Shown here one piece after another: positions 29,339 to 42,390 of a stretch of DNA of 64,000 nucleotides. The first letter of the stretch is position 1, and each line of letters begins with the position of its first letter. Made by a program: the position numbers and the translations under genes. Origin of the DNA: an uncultured Aquabacterium sp. (lineage in GTDB: Bacteria; Pseudomonadota; Gammaproteobacteria; Burkholderiales; Burkholderiaceae_C). Location: the NCBI GenBank assembly GCA_964453105.1, contig CAYVOP010000002.1, forward strand, positions 6,321 to 70,320. The letters are read 5' to 3'. The notes under the pieces were generated by a model. The model was not told the origin of the DNA. It did no database searches and saw nothing but the letters and a program-made list of their open reading frames with translations.

Positions 29339-30439
29339 ATGGCAAACCAAGCCACTTCCCCCTTGTTCCAGCCTCTCAAGCTGGGTCGCATTGAACTGGC
29401 CAATCGCATGGTGATGGCCCCTCTGACCCGCAACCGTGCCGGCGAGGGCAATGTGCCCGGCGACATGACGATCGAGTACTACGCGCAGCGCGCCTCTGTG
29501 GGTTTGATCGTGGCCGAAGCCACCCAGGTTTCCGCCCAGGCTCAGGGCTATGTGTCGACCCCTGGGGTGCACACGCCCGAGCAGATCGCGGGTTGGCGCA
29601 AGGTGACCGATGCTGTGCATCAGCGTGGCGGCCGCATTTTTGTGCAGCTCTGGCATACGGGGCGCATGTCACACACGGCGTTCCAGCCGGAAGAGAAGGC
29701 CCCTGTGGCGCCATCGGCCATTGCGGCCAAGGCCAAGACCTACATTCCCGGTGTGGGTTACACCGATACCTCGGTGCCTCGCGCGCTGGAAACCGCCGAG
29801 ATCGCTGGCATCGTGAACGACTTCCGCACCGCCGCGCGCCACGCCATTGAGGCGGGTTTTGACGGCGTGGAAATTCACGGGGCACACGGCTATTTGATCG
29901 ATGCCTTCCTGCGCGATGGCTCCAACCACCGCACCGATCAATATGGCGGCAGCATTGAAAACCGTGCGCGGTTCCTGTTGGAGGTCATGCAGGCCGTGAC
30001 AGAGGAAATCGGTGCCGATCGCGTGGGCATTCGCATTTCGCCTGTGTCGCCAGTGAATGATTCCAGCGAAAGTCAGCCGCAGCCCTTGTTCGAATACGTG
30101 GTGCGCGAACTCAACAAGATCAAGCCCGTTTACATCCACGTGGTGGAAGGCGCCACCGGTGGCCCTCGCGATAACGCGCCCTTCGACTACGAGGCCCTGC
30201 GTCGCCTGTATGACGGCGTTTGGATGTTGAACAACGGCTATACCCAAGAGATGGCTGAGGCCGCGCTGAAGGACGGCCGTGGAGAGTTGGTGTCGTTTGG
30301 TCGTTTGATGATTTCGAACCCCGACTTGCCGCGCCGCTTCCGCGAAAACGCGCCTTTGGCGCCCTTGTTTGCCGATGCACCTCTGTATGGCGGCGTGGGC
30401 CCGCATGGCTACACCGACTACCCGGCTTTGGCGGCCTGA
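29339..30439 (+). CDS. nemA: Old yellow enzyme / alkene reductase
   Basis: NRMVMAPLTR, QLWHTGR, EIHGAHGYL, YGGSIENRARF. Confidence 0.92.
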   Translation: MANQATSPLFQPLKLGRIELANRMVMAPLTRNRAGEGNVPGDMTIEYYAQRASVGLIVAEATQVSAQAQGYVSTPGVHTPEQIAGWRKVTDAVHQRGGRIFVQLWHTGRMSHTAFQPEEKAPVAPSAIAAKAKTYIPGVGYTDTSVPRALETAEIAGIVNDFRTAARHAIEAGFDGVEIHGAHGYLIDAFLRDGSNHRTDQYGGSIENRARFLLEVMQAVTEEIGADRVGIRISPVSPVNDSSESQPQPLFEYVVRELNKIKPVYIHVVEGATGGPRDNAPFDYEALRRLYDGVWMLNNGYTQEMAEAALKDGRGELVSFGRLMISNPDLPRRFRENAPLAPLFADAPLYGGVGPHGYTDYPALAA

Positions 30440-30531
30440 CCCGCCCATTTGAACTAGCGGCTTTCCCTCTTCTGTGAGGGGCCGCGTCTGGGGTAAAACG
30501 TCGGTTTGCGATCCAGCAGGAATTTCCAGCG

Positions 30532-34269
<3,738 letters not shown>

Positions 34270-34275
34270 TGAACG

Positions 34276-37200
34276 GTGTTCGACATGGAAGTGAAGTGGA
34301 GCAGGGGCCGCGTGGCGGCACTGGCAGCCGGTGGTTCGGTGGTGGCCGTTGTGGCCGCAGCGTACGTCTGGGGCCCGGAGTGGCTGCGTCAAACCGCCAT
34401 GGCACAACTGGGCCAGGCACTGGGGCGTCGGGTCACGCTTGAGCGTGTCGAGTTCAAGCCCTTGCAATTGCGTGTGGGCCTGGATGGCCTGACCATTTAT
34501 GAAGCCGATGGCCGCCAGCCTTTTGTGCAGGTGGCCCAGGCACGCGTTCAGTTGTCGTTGGCATCGTTGCGGCATCTGGCGCCGGTGGTGGAGTCGGTGT
34601 CGGTCACGGCGCCGCAGGTCCACCTGGCCAGGCTGGCGCCGCAACGCTGGAATTACAGCGACATCGTCGCCCGCATGGCCGCGCAGCCTGCCAAGCCCTC
34701 TGATGGCGAGCCCGCCAAATTTTCGGTTAACAACATTGCCCTGTCGCAGGGGGTGCTGACCTGGGACGATCGCATCAGCGGCAGCCGTCATGAGGTGCGC
34801 GACCTGGCCGTGGCGCTGCCCTTTATTTCCAATCTGCCCTATGTGGCCGAACAGTTCACCACACCGTCGTTGAGTGCTCGGGTGGATGGGGCGCCGTTCA
34901 AGCTGACGGGCAAGACACGTCCGTTCGCCGCCAGCCGCGATGCCATCCTGAATGTGGCGGTAGACGGTTTGCCTCTGGCGTCATTTCTCTCGCTGGCGCC
35001 CTTCAAGATGGCGGCCAGCCTCGACAAAGTCGACCTGGATGCCGGCTTGACTGTGACCTTTCGGCAAGACAGCAAGGGCTCCAGCTTGCATGTGCAGGGG
35101 CAGGCGGCCTTGAAAGACCTGGCCTTGCACGACGAGGAGGATGACCCGCTGGTGCAATGGCGTGCCTTGTCGGTGCGCCTTGGTGACAGTGAGCCCTTGC
35201 TCAACCGCTGGCACATTGAGCAGGTGAGCTGGGACCAGCCGCGTGTGTGGCTGGAGCGCGAACGTGATGGGCAGTTGGCTCTGGTGAAGGCGCTGACGCC
35301 GAAGCCAGCTTCAACCCACGAGGCGGTTGCGGTGGGGGCGTCGGCTGCCAGTGAGGCACCGGACTCCGGTGCGAAAGCCAGCTCTGGCACCAGCTTGCGT
35401 TTGCAACTGGCGCAGTTCCTGATTCACGATGGCGAAGTGCATTGGGTGGATGCCGCTGTGCCGGCGCGTCAAGCCCCGCGAGCGCAAGACGTGACCGACA
35501 TCGAAGTGGCTGTGTCGGGCATCAGCATGGCCGGTGGGCAGTTTGGTGATCAGCCCGTGCCGGTGAAGCTGTCGGCCACGCACAACCAAAGTGGCGAACT
35601 GAGCTTGGGTGGCGATGTGCGCCTGCCGCAGCAGGCCCAGCCTTTGTCCGCGGCACTGGAGGTGGGCTTGCACGGCATTGAACTGACCGCAGCCCAACCC
35701 TATGTGGCTGACCAGTTGAACGTGGCGCTGACGCGTGGCGAGTTGTTCACCGATGGGCGTCTGGACCTGTCTTTACCGACCGGGGCCATGCCGCGCATCC
35801 GCTTTGAGGGTGACGCATCGGTGCGGGGCTTGCGCAGCGTGGACAAGACAGGGGGCGACGACTTCCTGCGTTGGAAAACCTTGGGCTTCAAGGCTTTGCA
35901 GGTTCAATATGGCGGACAAGAGAGCGGCAGTGGGAATCGCGCCAAAGCGCATCCATTGAATCTGGGTGTGGGCGAAATCTTGCTGGATGACTTCTTTGCC
36001 CGAATCATTGTCAAACCCACCGGCCGCTTGAACTTGCAAGACATTTTGCGCACGGCCGAAGCGCAGGCGGCCGCCGAGGCCAAGGCCGCCCCGTCCGCTG
36101 ATCAGGCAGCCAGCCAAGCCTCTGGGGGCGCCACGGCCAATGCCAAGGCTTCTGGCCCTTCACCCCGCATTGCCATTGGTCGCATCGTGATGAAGCATGG
36201 TCGGGTGGACTTTGCCGACAACTTCATCAAGCCCAACTATGCGGCCAACCTGACCGACTTGGATGGCACCGTGTCGGCCCTGGCGTCTGACCGCAGCCAG
36301 CCGGCCGACTTGAATCTGCGTGGCCGCATCGACCACGACAGTCCCTTGTCCATCAGTGGCAAGGTCAATCCGCTGGCGCCCAAGCTGTATTTGCAATTGG
36401 CAGCCCGGGCCACCGACATCGAGTTGACCCGCCTCACGCCGTACTCGGCGAAGTACGCGGGCTACCCCATCACCAAGGGCAAGCTGTCGGTAGACCTGAC
36501 GTACCTGATCGACAACGGCAAGCTCGATGCGCAGAACCAGGTGTATGTGAACCAGCTGACTTTTGGCGGCAAGGTGGACAGCCCCGATGCCGTGAAGCTG
36601 CCGATTTTGTTTGCCATTGGCTTGCTGACCAACAGCAAGGGGGAAATGGACGTGAACCTGCCTATTTCGGGCACTTTGTCGGATCCCGATTTCAGCATTG
36701 GTGGCATCGTTTGGCGCGTGGTGGTGAACTTGGTTGAAAAGGCCGTGACGGCGCCGTTCAGCCTTCTGGCATCGGCATTCGGGGGGGATGCCGCCGAGCT
36801 CGGCTATGTGGCCTTCGCGCCCGGTAGCACTGAACTGGCGCCCGAAGCCAAGACCAAGTTGGATACCTTGGTCAAGGTTTTGCTGGATCGTCCGGCCTTG
36901 AAGCTGGAAGTGGCGGGTCGTGTGGACCCCGCCACCGAGCAGGAGGGCGCCCGCCGCGCCTATGTGGCCAGCCGCATCAAAGCTCAAAAGGTGGCCGATC
37001 TGGTCAAGCAAGGGCAGGCCGCCAACAGCGAGCAGATTACCGTGTCGGTTGCGGAGTACCCGAAGTACCTGGAGAGGGCTTACCTGGCTGAGCCCTTTGA
37101 CAAACCTCGCAACGCTTTGGGCATGACGAAGTCATTGCCCGTGCCTGAGATGGAGCAGATCATGCTGCAACACGCTTTGGTCGACGAGATGTGGTTCAAG

Positions 37201-37359
37201 TCCATCGCCGATGCGCGTGCGCTGGCAGTGAAGAAATACCTGGATGAACAAGGGCATGTGCCGGTGGACCGTCTGTTCCTGGTGGCGTCCAAGCTCAGCC
37301 CCGAGGGCATTGCCGATAAGGGGGCGCCCCAGCGGGTCGACTTCACCTTGGCCCACTGA
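34276..37359 (+). CDS. DUF748 (AsmA-like) envelope protein with an OmpA-like C-terminal region
   Basis: N-terminal anchor; repeated beta segments; LPISGTLSDPDFSIG; VAFAPGS...RVDFTL. Confidence 0.8.
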   Translation: MFDMEVKWSRGRVAALAAGGSVVAVVAAAYVWGPEWLRQTAMAQLGQALGRRVTLERVEFKPLQLRVGLDGLTIYEADGRQPFVQVAQARVQLSLASLRHLAPVVESVSVTAPQVHLARLAPQRWNYSDIVARMAAQPAKPSDGEPAKFSVNNIALSQGVLTWDDRISGSRHEVRDLAVALPFISNLPYVAEQFTTPSLSARVDGAPFKLTGKTRPFAASRDAILNVAVDGLPLASFLSLAPFKMAASLDKVDLDAGLTVTFRQDSKGSSLHVQGQAALKDLALHDEEDDPLVQWRALSVRLGDSEPLLNRWHIEQVSWDQPRVWLERERDGQLALVKALTPKPASTHEAVAVGASAASEAPDSGAKASSGTSLRLQLAQFLIHDGEVHWVDAAVPARQAPRAQDVTDIEVAVSGISMAGGQFGDQPVPVKLSATHNQSGELSLGGDVRLPQQAQPLSAALEVGLHGIELTAAQPYVADQLNVALTRGELFTDGRLDLSLPTGAMPRIRFEGDASVRGLRSVDKTGGDDFLRWKTLGFKALQVQYGGQESGSGNRAKAHPLNLGVGEILLDDFFARIIVKPTGRLNLQDILRTAEAQAAAEAKAAPSADQAASQASGGATANAKASGPSPRIAIGRIVMKHGRVDFADNFIKPNYAANLTDLDGTVSALASDRSQPADLNLRGRIDHDSPLSISGKVNPLAPKLYLQLAARATDIELTRLTPYSAKYAGYPITKGKLSVDLTYLIDNGKLDAQNQVYVNQLTFGGKVDSPDAVKLPILFAIGLLTNSKGEMDVNLPISGTLSDPDFSIGGIVWRVVVNLVEKAVTAPFSLLASAFGGDAAELGYVAFAPGSTELAPEAKTKLDTLVKVLLDRPALKLEVAGRVDPATEQEGARRAYVASRIKAQKVADLVKQGQAANSEQITVSVAEYPKYLERAYLAEPFDKPRNALGMTKSLPVPEMEQIMLQHALVDEMWFKSIADARALAVKKYLDEQGHVPVDRLFLVASKLSPEGIADKGAPQRVDFTLAH

Positions 37360-37981
37360 ACCACGGTTGAGCCAGTCGGGCCAGGTCATCTGGGGTGTCG
37401 ATGTCTTGCAAGACACCCGCGTGGCCCACATCGACCTGCAGCGCCTCTGACCAGTTGACCACCCTCTGCGCACCTCGGTCACCTGACAGGGCTGCCAACT
37501 GTGGGAAGTAGCGTGCGGGCAGCACGCGTGGGTGGCCCATCTGTGGGGGCTGGTCCGTGGCGCTGAAGACCACAGGCACGACCGGTCGCTGTGCGCCATC
37601 TGCCTGCGTGGCTTGTGCCAGACGCTCAATGAGTTCGGTGTCAACCGCTGGCATGTCGGCCAGCCCAATGATCACGCCGGCGAATGTGGGTGCCTCTGCG
37701 CTGGCCTGAATGGCCTGGATGGCACGAATACCGCAGGCCAGTGACGAGCCCAGCCCCAGCGCCGCATCCGGGTTCACCACTTGAATGGCGCCGAACGTCT
37801 GACACAGCTCAGTGCCCAGCGCATCGTGGGGTGGCGTGACCACCCACAGCATCGGGCAAACGGGACGGTATTGGCTCAACACATGCGCCAACATGCCTTG
37901 GCCATTGGGCAGCAGCGCAGCACGCTTGTCTTGCCCGAAACGGCGCGCCTGCCCGGCCGCCAGAATCAGGCCAGCGAGCAT
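37343..37981 (-). CDS. MocA-like molybdenum cofactor cytidylyltransferase
   Basis: LILAAGQARRFG, LADMP, GDRGA and DIDTPDD. Start uncertain (37981-38041). Confidence 0.85.
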   Translation of the reverse strand: MLAGLILAAGQARRFGQDKRAALLPNGQGMLAHVLSQYRPVCPMLWVVTPPHDALGTELCQTFGAIQVVNPDAALGLGSSLACGIRAIQAIQASAEAPTFAGVIIGLADMPAVDTELIERLAQATQADGAQRPVVPVVFSATDQPPQMGHPRVLPARYFPQLAALSGDRGAQRVVNWSEALQVDVGHAGVLQDIDTPDDLARLAQPWFSGPR

Positions 37982-39012
37982 GGCGTGGTCAAGGCGCTGG
38001 GGTGCGACGCTGGCATCCAGTCGGGGCGAGACTGGCGCCAATCGGGTGTGCCGATCAGGCTGCGAACCTGAATCAACTCGGCTGCAATCGACACCGCAAT
38101 TTCAGCCGGCGTGCGCGAGCCAATGGGCAGGCCCACAGGGCCTTTCAGGTGCGCCACTTGCTGGGGTGTGACGTCAAACTCCAGCAAGCGGGCCTGGCGT
38201 TTGCGGGTGGTCAGGGTGGAGCCCAGTGCGCCCACGTAAAAGGCGGGCGATTTCAGTGCTTCCATCAAAGCCAGGTCATCCAGCTTGGGGTCGTGGGTGA
38301 CGGTAATGACCGCCGTGCGCTCGTCGCAGGCAAAGCCCTGCACCGCGTCATCGGGCATGTCTTGAATCAACTTCACGTTCATGTCAGACCAACTGCCGGT
38401 GTACTCTTCACGCGGGTCGCATACGGTGATGGCATAGCCAAGAGACTGTGCGATGGGGCACAGATAGCGGCTGACCTCCGTGGCGCCAATGATCAACAGC
38501 CGATGGCGGGGGCCCAGCACCACAGCAAACCCGTGGTCGCTGTCGGAAAAATCGAGGGGCGAGGCTTGGTCCGGCGTGAGCGCCTGCCATTGCGCCTCGG
38601 CGCTGGCGTAGTTGAGTTGTTTGTGAACGCACAGCCCTTGCTGCATGGCAGCCAGGGCTTGGGTCAGTTCCTGGGGCGACCAATTTGCTTCCACGGCCAG
38701 ACGCAGCGCATTGCCGCAGGGCAGTCGGTAGCGTTCGCGTTCGGCAGCATCTCGGCCATAGGTGCGCAGCGCCACGGCCGGTGCATCGGGGGCCCAAAAC
38801 ACGTTTTGCCGCACCTCGTGAACCAGATCGTCTTCCACGCAGCCACCCGAAACCGAGCCCACCACCAGGCCGGTTTCGCTGATGACGGCCATGGCCCCGG
38901 GCGGGCGCGGGCTGGCCCCGTAGGTGCTGAGTACCGTGACCAGCACACAGCGCAGGCCCTGCTGTTGCCACACCAAGGCCTGCTGAAGCACTTCCTGATC
39001 GTTGCTGCGCAT
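37966..39012 (-). CDS. XdhC/CoxI-family Moco insertion chaperone
   Basis: GASPRPPGA, GSVSGGCVE, THDPKLDD, YVGALGS, PVGLPIG...PAEIAVSI. Confidence 0.92.
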   Translation of the reverse strand: MRSNDQEVLQQALVWQQQGLRCVLVTVLSTYGASPRPPGAMAVISETGLVVGSVSGGCVEDDLVHEVRQNVFWAPDAPAVALRTYGRDAAERERYRLPCGNALRLAVEANWSPQELTQALAAMQQGLCVHKQLNYASAEAQWQALTPDQASPLDFSDSDHGFAVVLGPRHRLLIIGATEVSRYLCPIAQSLGYAITVCDPREEYTGSWSDMNVKLIQDMPDDAVQGFACDERTAVITVTHDPKLDDLALMEALKSPAFYVGALGSTLTTRKRQARLLEFDVTPQQVAHLKGPVGLPIGSRTPAEIAVSIAAELIQVRSLIGTPDWRQSRPDWMPASHPSALTTPCSLA

Positions 39013-39015
39013 GGC

Positions 39016-41277
39016 TTAGCTCAAACGAATCGGCAAGCTGCGAATGCGCTGCCGGGTCAGCACATACAGGGCGTTGGCCACAGCGGGCGCAATCGGGGGC
39101 GTGCCCGGTTCACCCACGCCACCAGGCGCCTGGGTGTTGCGCACGATGTGGGTTTCGATGTGAGGCATGTGCGCCAGCCGAACCATGTCGTAGCTGGGGA
39201 AGCTGCTTTGCTCGACGCGTCCTTGGGCCAGGGTGATTTCGCCGAACAAGGCCGCACTGAGGCCGAACACGATGGCGCTTTGAATTTGCGCTTCGACCGT
39301 GTCGGGGTTGACGACGATGCCGCAGTCAATGGCACACACCACGCGATGCACTTTGACCTGGCCCTTGTCCACCGAGACCTCGGCCACTTGGGCGCAGATC
39401 GATCCGAACGACTCGTGCAGGGCGATGCCGCGCGCCCGACCGGCGGGCAGGGCTTGGCCCCAGCCGGCCTTCTGCGCAGCCAGGTCCAGCACGGCCCGGT
39501 GCCGTGGGTGCTGCGCAATCAGTTGGCGGCGGTATTGGTAAGGGTCTTGCCCCACGGCATGGGCCAGTTCGTCTACAAAACTTTCGGTGAAGAAAGCGTT
39601 GTACGAGTGGCCCACGCTGCGCCACGAACCCACGGGGACCGGGGTTTTCGGGCGCACCTGGCGAACCGCGATGTGTTCGAAGTTGTAGGGAATGTCGAAG
39701 GCGCCTTCGATCTGGTTCTTGTCTGGTGTATCGGCTGCCGCCCAAGGCAGCAGGCGCTTGAGCGAGTCATAGCCAATCGATTGCGCCACGAGCTTGTTGG
39801 ACCAAGCGGTGACGCGGCCCTCCTTGTCAAATGCGGCTTCGAACCTGGACAAGGCCGCGGGCCGGTACATGTCGTGCTGGGTGTCGTCTTCACGGCTCCA
39901 CAGCAGCTTCACGGCCTGGCCATCCAGAGCCTTCGCAATTTCCACTGCCTGTTCAACCATGTCGATTTCCAGCCGGCGGCCAAAGCCCCCACCCAGCAGG
40001 GGCACGTGCAAGGTCACCTGATCCAGGTCTACATCGGCGATTTGGGCGGCCTTCCACTTGGCCAGCGAAGGCGACTGGGTAGACACCCAAACCTCGACCT
40101 GCTTGCCCTTCACGCGGGCCACGCAGTTGATGGGCTCCATCGCGGCGTGGGCCAGGTAGGGGGCCCAGTAGGTGGCTTCCAAACGCTTGGGGGCTGCCTC
40201 AATGGTGCTGGATGCGTTGCCCTTGTTGACAAAGCCAAAGCCCGATCGATCTTGCAGTTCTTGTTCAAACTGCTTGCGAATGTCGGCTGAGCTGAGCTGA
40301 TCGTGCTCGGTGGCGGTGTATTCGATCTTGACCTGAGCCAGAGCCTGGCGGGCGCGCCACCAGCTGTTGGCCACCACGGCCACGCCATCGCGAATCTGCA
40401 TCACCTTGAGCACGCCGCGCATGCTGCTGGCGGCGCTGGCGTCGAACGATTTCACACTGGCGCCGAACACCGGGGGCTGCGCCAGCGCGGCATACACCAT
40501 GCCTTCCACTTTGACGTCGATGCCGAACTGGGCCTGCCCATTGGTCTTGGCCGGGATGTCGAGCCGACGCACGGGCTTGCCGATGAGCTTGTAATTCGTC
40601 GGGTCTTTGAAAGGAACGTCGTCGGGCACGGGCAGCTTGGCTGCAGCTTCTGCCAGTTCGGCATAGCGCAAGGCTCGGCCGCTTGCCGTGTGCGTGACGC
40701 GACCGTTGTCGGCCACGCAGGTTTGCGGTTTGACCTGCCATTGGTTGGCGGCCGCCTGAATCAGCATGGCGCGGGCGGTGGCGCCTGCCAGGCGCAAAGG
40801 TTCCCACGCATCGCGGATGCTGCTGGAGCCGCCAGTGACCTGCAGCGACAGAGCGTAGCCCAGCCGTTGCACGGTGGAGCGGGCCACACGGGCCACCCAG
40901 CTGTCGTCGTCTACGCCAAAGGGAATGACATTGAGCAGCAGCGCCGTGTTGGCGTAGATGCGCGCCACGGGTGCTTGCTCGACGCTCACGTCTTCCCAGC
41001 GGGCATCCAGTTCTTCGACCAGCAGCATGGGCAGCGAGGTCATGACCCCTTGGCCCATTTCAGAACGCGGCACGGCCACGGTAATGCGCCCATCCGGGCC
41101 AATCTTCACCCAACCGTTCAGCGCCACTTCGCCCTGTGCGGCGGGGAATTCGGTGGGGGAGCCCAGGCGGTTGGCCGGGGTGGGGGCAGCGCAGCCCACC
41201 AGCAGGCCACCGCCCACGGCGGTGCCGGCGATCAGGAACTGGCGGCGCGACAGAGCCGGCTTGATGAGGTCGCTCAT
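39016..41277 (-). CDS. IorB-like molybdopterin-binding large subunit, Tat/lipoprotein signal
   Basis: SRRQFL and LLVGC; EMGQG; GGSSSI; HAAMEP; GGGFGRR; WRSVGH; GVGEPGTPP. Confidence 0.92.
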   Translation of the reverse strand: MSDLIKPALSRRQFLIAGTAVGGGLLVGCAAPTPANRLGSPTEFPAAQGEVALNGWVKIGPDGRITVAVPRSEMGQGVMTSLPMLLVEELDARWEDVSVEQAPVARIYANTALLLNVIPFGVDDDSWVARVARSTVQRLGYALSLQVTGGSSSIRDAWEPLRLAGATARAMLIQAAANQWQVKPQTCVADNGRVTHTASGRALRYAELAEAAAKLPVPDDVPFKDPTNYKLIGKPVRRLDIPAKTNGQAQFGIDVKVEGMVYAALAQPPVFGASVKSFDASAASSMRGVLKVMQIRDGVAVVANSWWRARQALAQVKIEYTATEHDQLSSADIRKQFEQELQDRSGFGFVNKGNASSTIEAAPKRLEATYWAPYLAHAAMEPINCVARVKGKQVEVWVSTQSPSLAKWKAAQIADVDLDQVTLHVPLLGGGFGRRLEIDMVEQAVEIAKALDGQAVKLLWSREDDTQHDMYRPAALSRFEAAFDKEGRVTAWSNKLVAQSIGYDSLKRLLPWAAADTPDKNQIEGAFDIPYNFEHIAVRQVRPKTPVPVGSWRSVGHSYNAFFTESFVDELAHAVGQDPYQYRRQLIAQHPRHRAVLDLAAQKAGWGQALPAGRARGIALHESFGSICAQVAEVSVDKGQVKVHRVVCAIDCGIVVNPDTVEAQIQSAIVFGLSAALFGEITLAQGRVEQSSFPSYDMVRLAHMPHIETHIVRNTQAPGGVGEPGTPPIAPAVANALYVLTRQRIRSLPIRLS

Positions 41278-41744
41278 GCTCGACCTCCTTGACTGGAACC
41301 TTGCCCGGCCGCTTCATGAATGGCCGCACGCACGCGCTGGTAAGTGCCGCAGCGGCAGATGTTGGTCATGGCGTCGTCGATGTCGGCGTCAGAAGGCTTG
41401 GGGTTGCGGCGCAGCAGATCGGTCGCGGCCATCAGCATGCCAGACTGGCAGTAGCCGCATTGCGGCACCTGATGGGTGACCCAGGCGGCTTGCAGGCGTT
41501 GCAGGATCGGGTCGTCTTTCGACTCGATGGTTTGCACGCTGCGACCAGCCACGGCGACCACGGGCATCACGCAGGAACGTGTGGCCACGCCATCGATGTG
41601 GACGGTGCAGGCCCCGCAGGCCGCAATGCCGCAGCCGAATTTGGTGCCAGTCATGCCGAGTTCGTCGCGCAGTGCCCACAGCAGGGGCATGTCGTCTTCG
41701 ACATCAAGTTGGACGGCCTTGCCGTTGACGGTGAAGGTATGCAT
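41274..41744 (-). CDS. IorA-like (2Fe-2S)-binding small subunit
   Basis: [16 protein letters not shown]; QCGYCQSG; NICRCGTY. Start is 41744 or 41753. Confidence 0.95.
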   Translation of the reverse strand: MHTFTVNGKAVQLDVEDDMPLLWALRDELGMTGTKFGCGIAACGACTVHIDGVATRSCVMPVVAVAGRSVQTIESKDDPILQRLQAAWVTHQVPQCGYCQSGMLMAATDLLRRNPKPSDADIDDAMTNICRCGTYQRVRAAIHEAAGQGSSQGGRA

Positions 41745-41761
41745 GGTGTACATCGTACACC
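41745..41761. promoter_or_regulatory. Perfect palindrome GGTGTAC-ATC-GTACACC, putative TetR operator
   Basis: 7-bp arms in the short divergent iorA/tetR gap. Confidence 0.7.
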
Positions 41762-41798
41762 TTTTGTTTTGTGTCAGTCAAGCGGGTAACATCGCAGC

Positions 41799-42362
41799 AT
41801 GTCCTACCCCAAGAAGACCAGCCGAGAAACCATTCTGGAAGCCGCGATCGGCCTGATCGAGGCGCAGGGGCTGGATCAGTTGTCCATGCGCGCCTTGGCG
41901 GCGCAGTTGGGGGTGACGCCCAATGCCCTGTATCGCTATTTCGCCAGCAAGGCCGAGTTGGAGGTGGCGGTGGCCGATGAGGCGGGGCGTGTTCTGTTGG
42001 CAGACATGCAGAAAGCGGTGGGCCTCAAAGTGGGGCTGGATGCGATCCGGGCCGTGGCTCGCACCTATCTGAAGTTCGCGCGCAAGCAGCCTGCCTTGTA
42101 CGCCTTGAAAATGCGCTACTGCAAGGACGAAAACGAAGAGCCCGACAGCCACAAGCAGTTGTGGGCGGCCATGCTGGCCTTGGTCGATGGCCTGCAAGGG
42201 CCGTGGCAGGCAGAAGACCTGGCCATGAACCTGTGGGCGTATCTGCATGGGTTGGTGGAACTGGACCGTGCTGAACTGCTGGGTGAGCGCAAGCCCGAAT
42301 CCATCATCGACATTGGGCTGGACCTGTTCCTGGCCGGGCTGATGACCACACAAGGCCAATGA
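41799..42362 (+). CDS. TetR-family regulator (WHG-like C-domain)
   Basis: LSMRALAAQLGVTPNALYRYF; WAYLHG. Confidence 0.9.
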   Translation: MSYPKKTSRETILEAAIGLIEAQGLDQLSMRALAAQLGVTPNALYRYFASKAELEVAVADEAGRVLLADMQKAVGLKVGLDAIRAVARTYLKFARKQPALYALKMRYCKDENEEPDSHKQLWAAMLALVDGLQGPWQAEDLAMNLWAYLHGLVELDRAELLGERKPESIIDIGLDLFLAGLMTTQGQ

Positions 42363-42390
42363 AGGTCGCCCGACCTGATTCAGCTTGGCT

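Noticed and set aside
30457-30485. Hairpin after nemA as an intrinsic terminator
   Set aside because: A bulged stem is present but there is no U-tract, so the evidence is insufficient.
38002-40290. 762-aa plus-strand ORF
   Set aside because: It is the antisense shadow of the xdhC/iorB genes. High-GC codon bias suppresses stops and there are no recognisable motifs.
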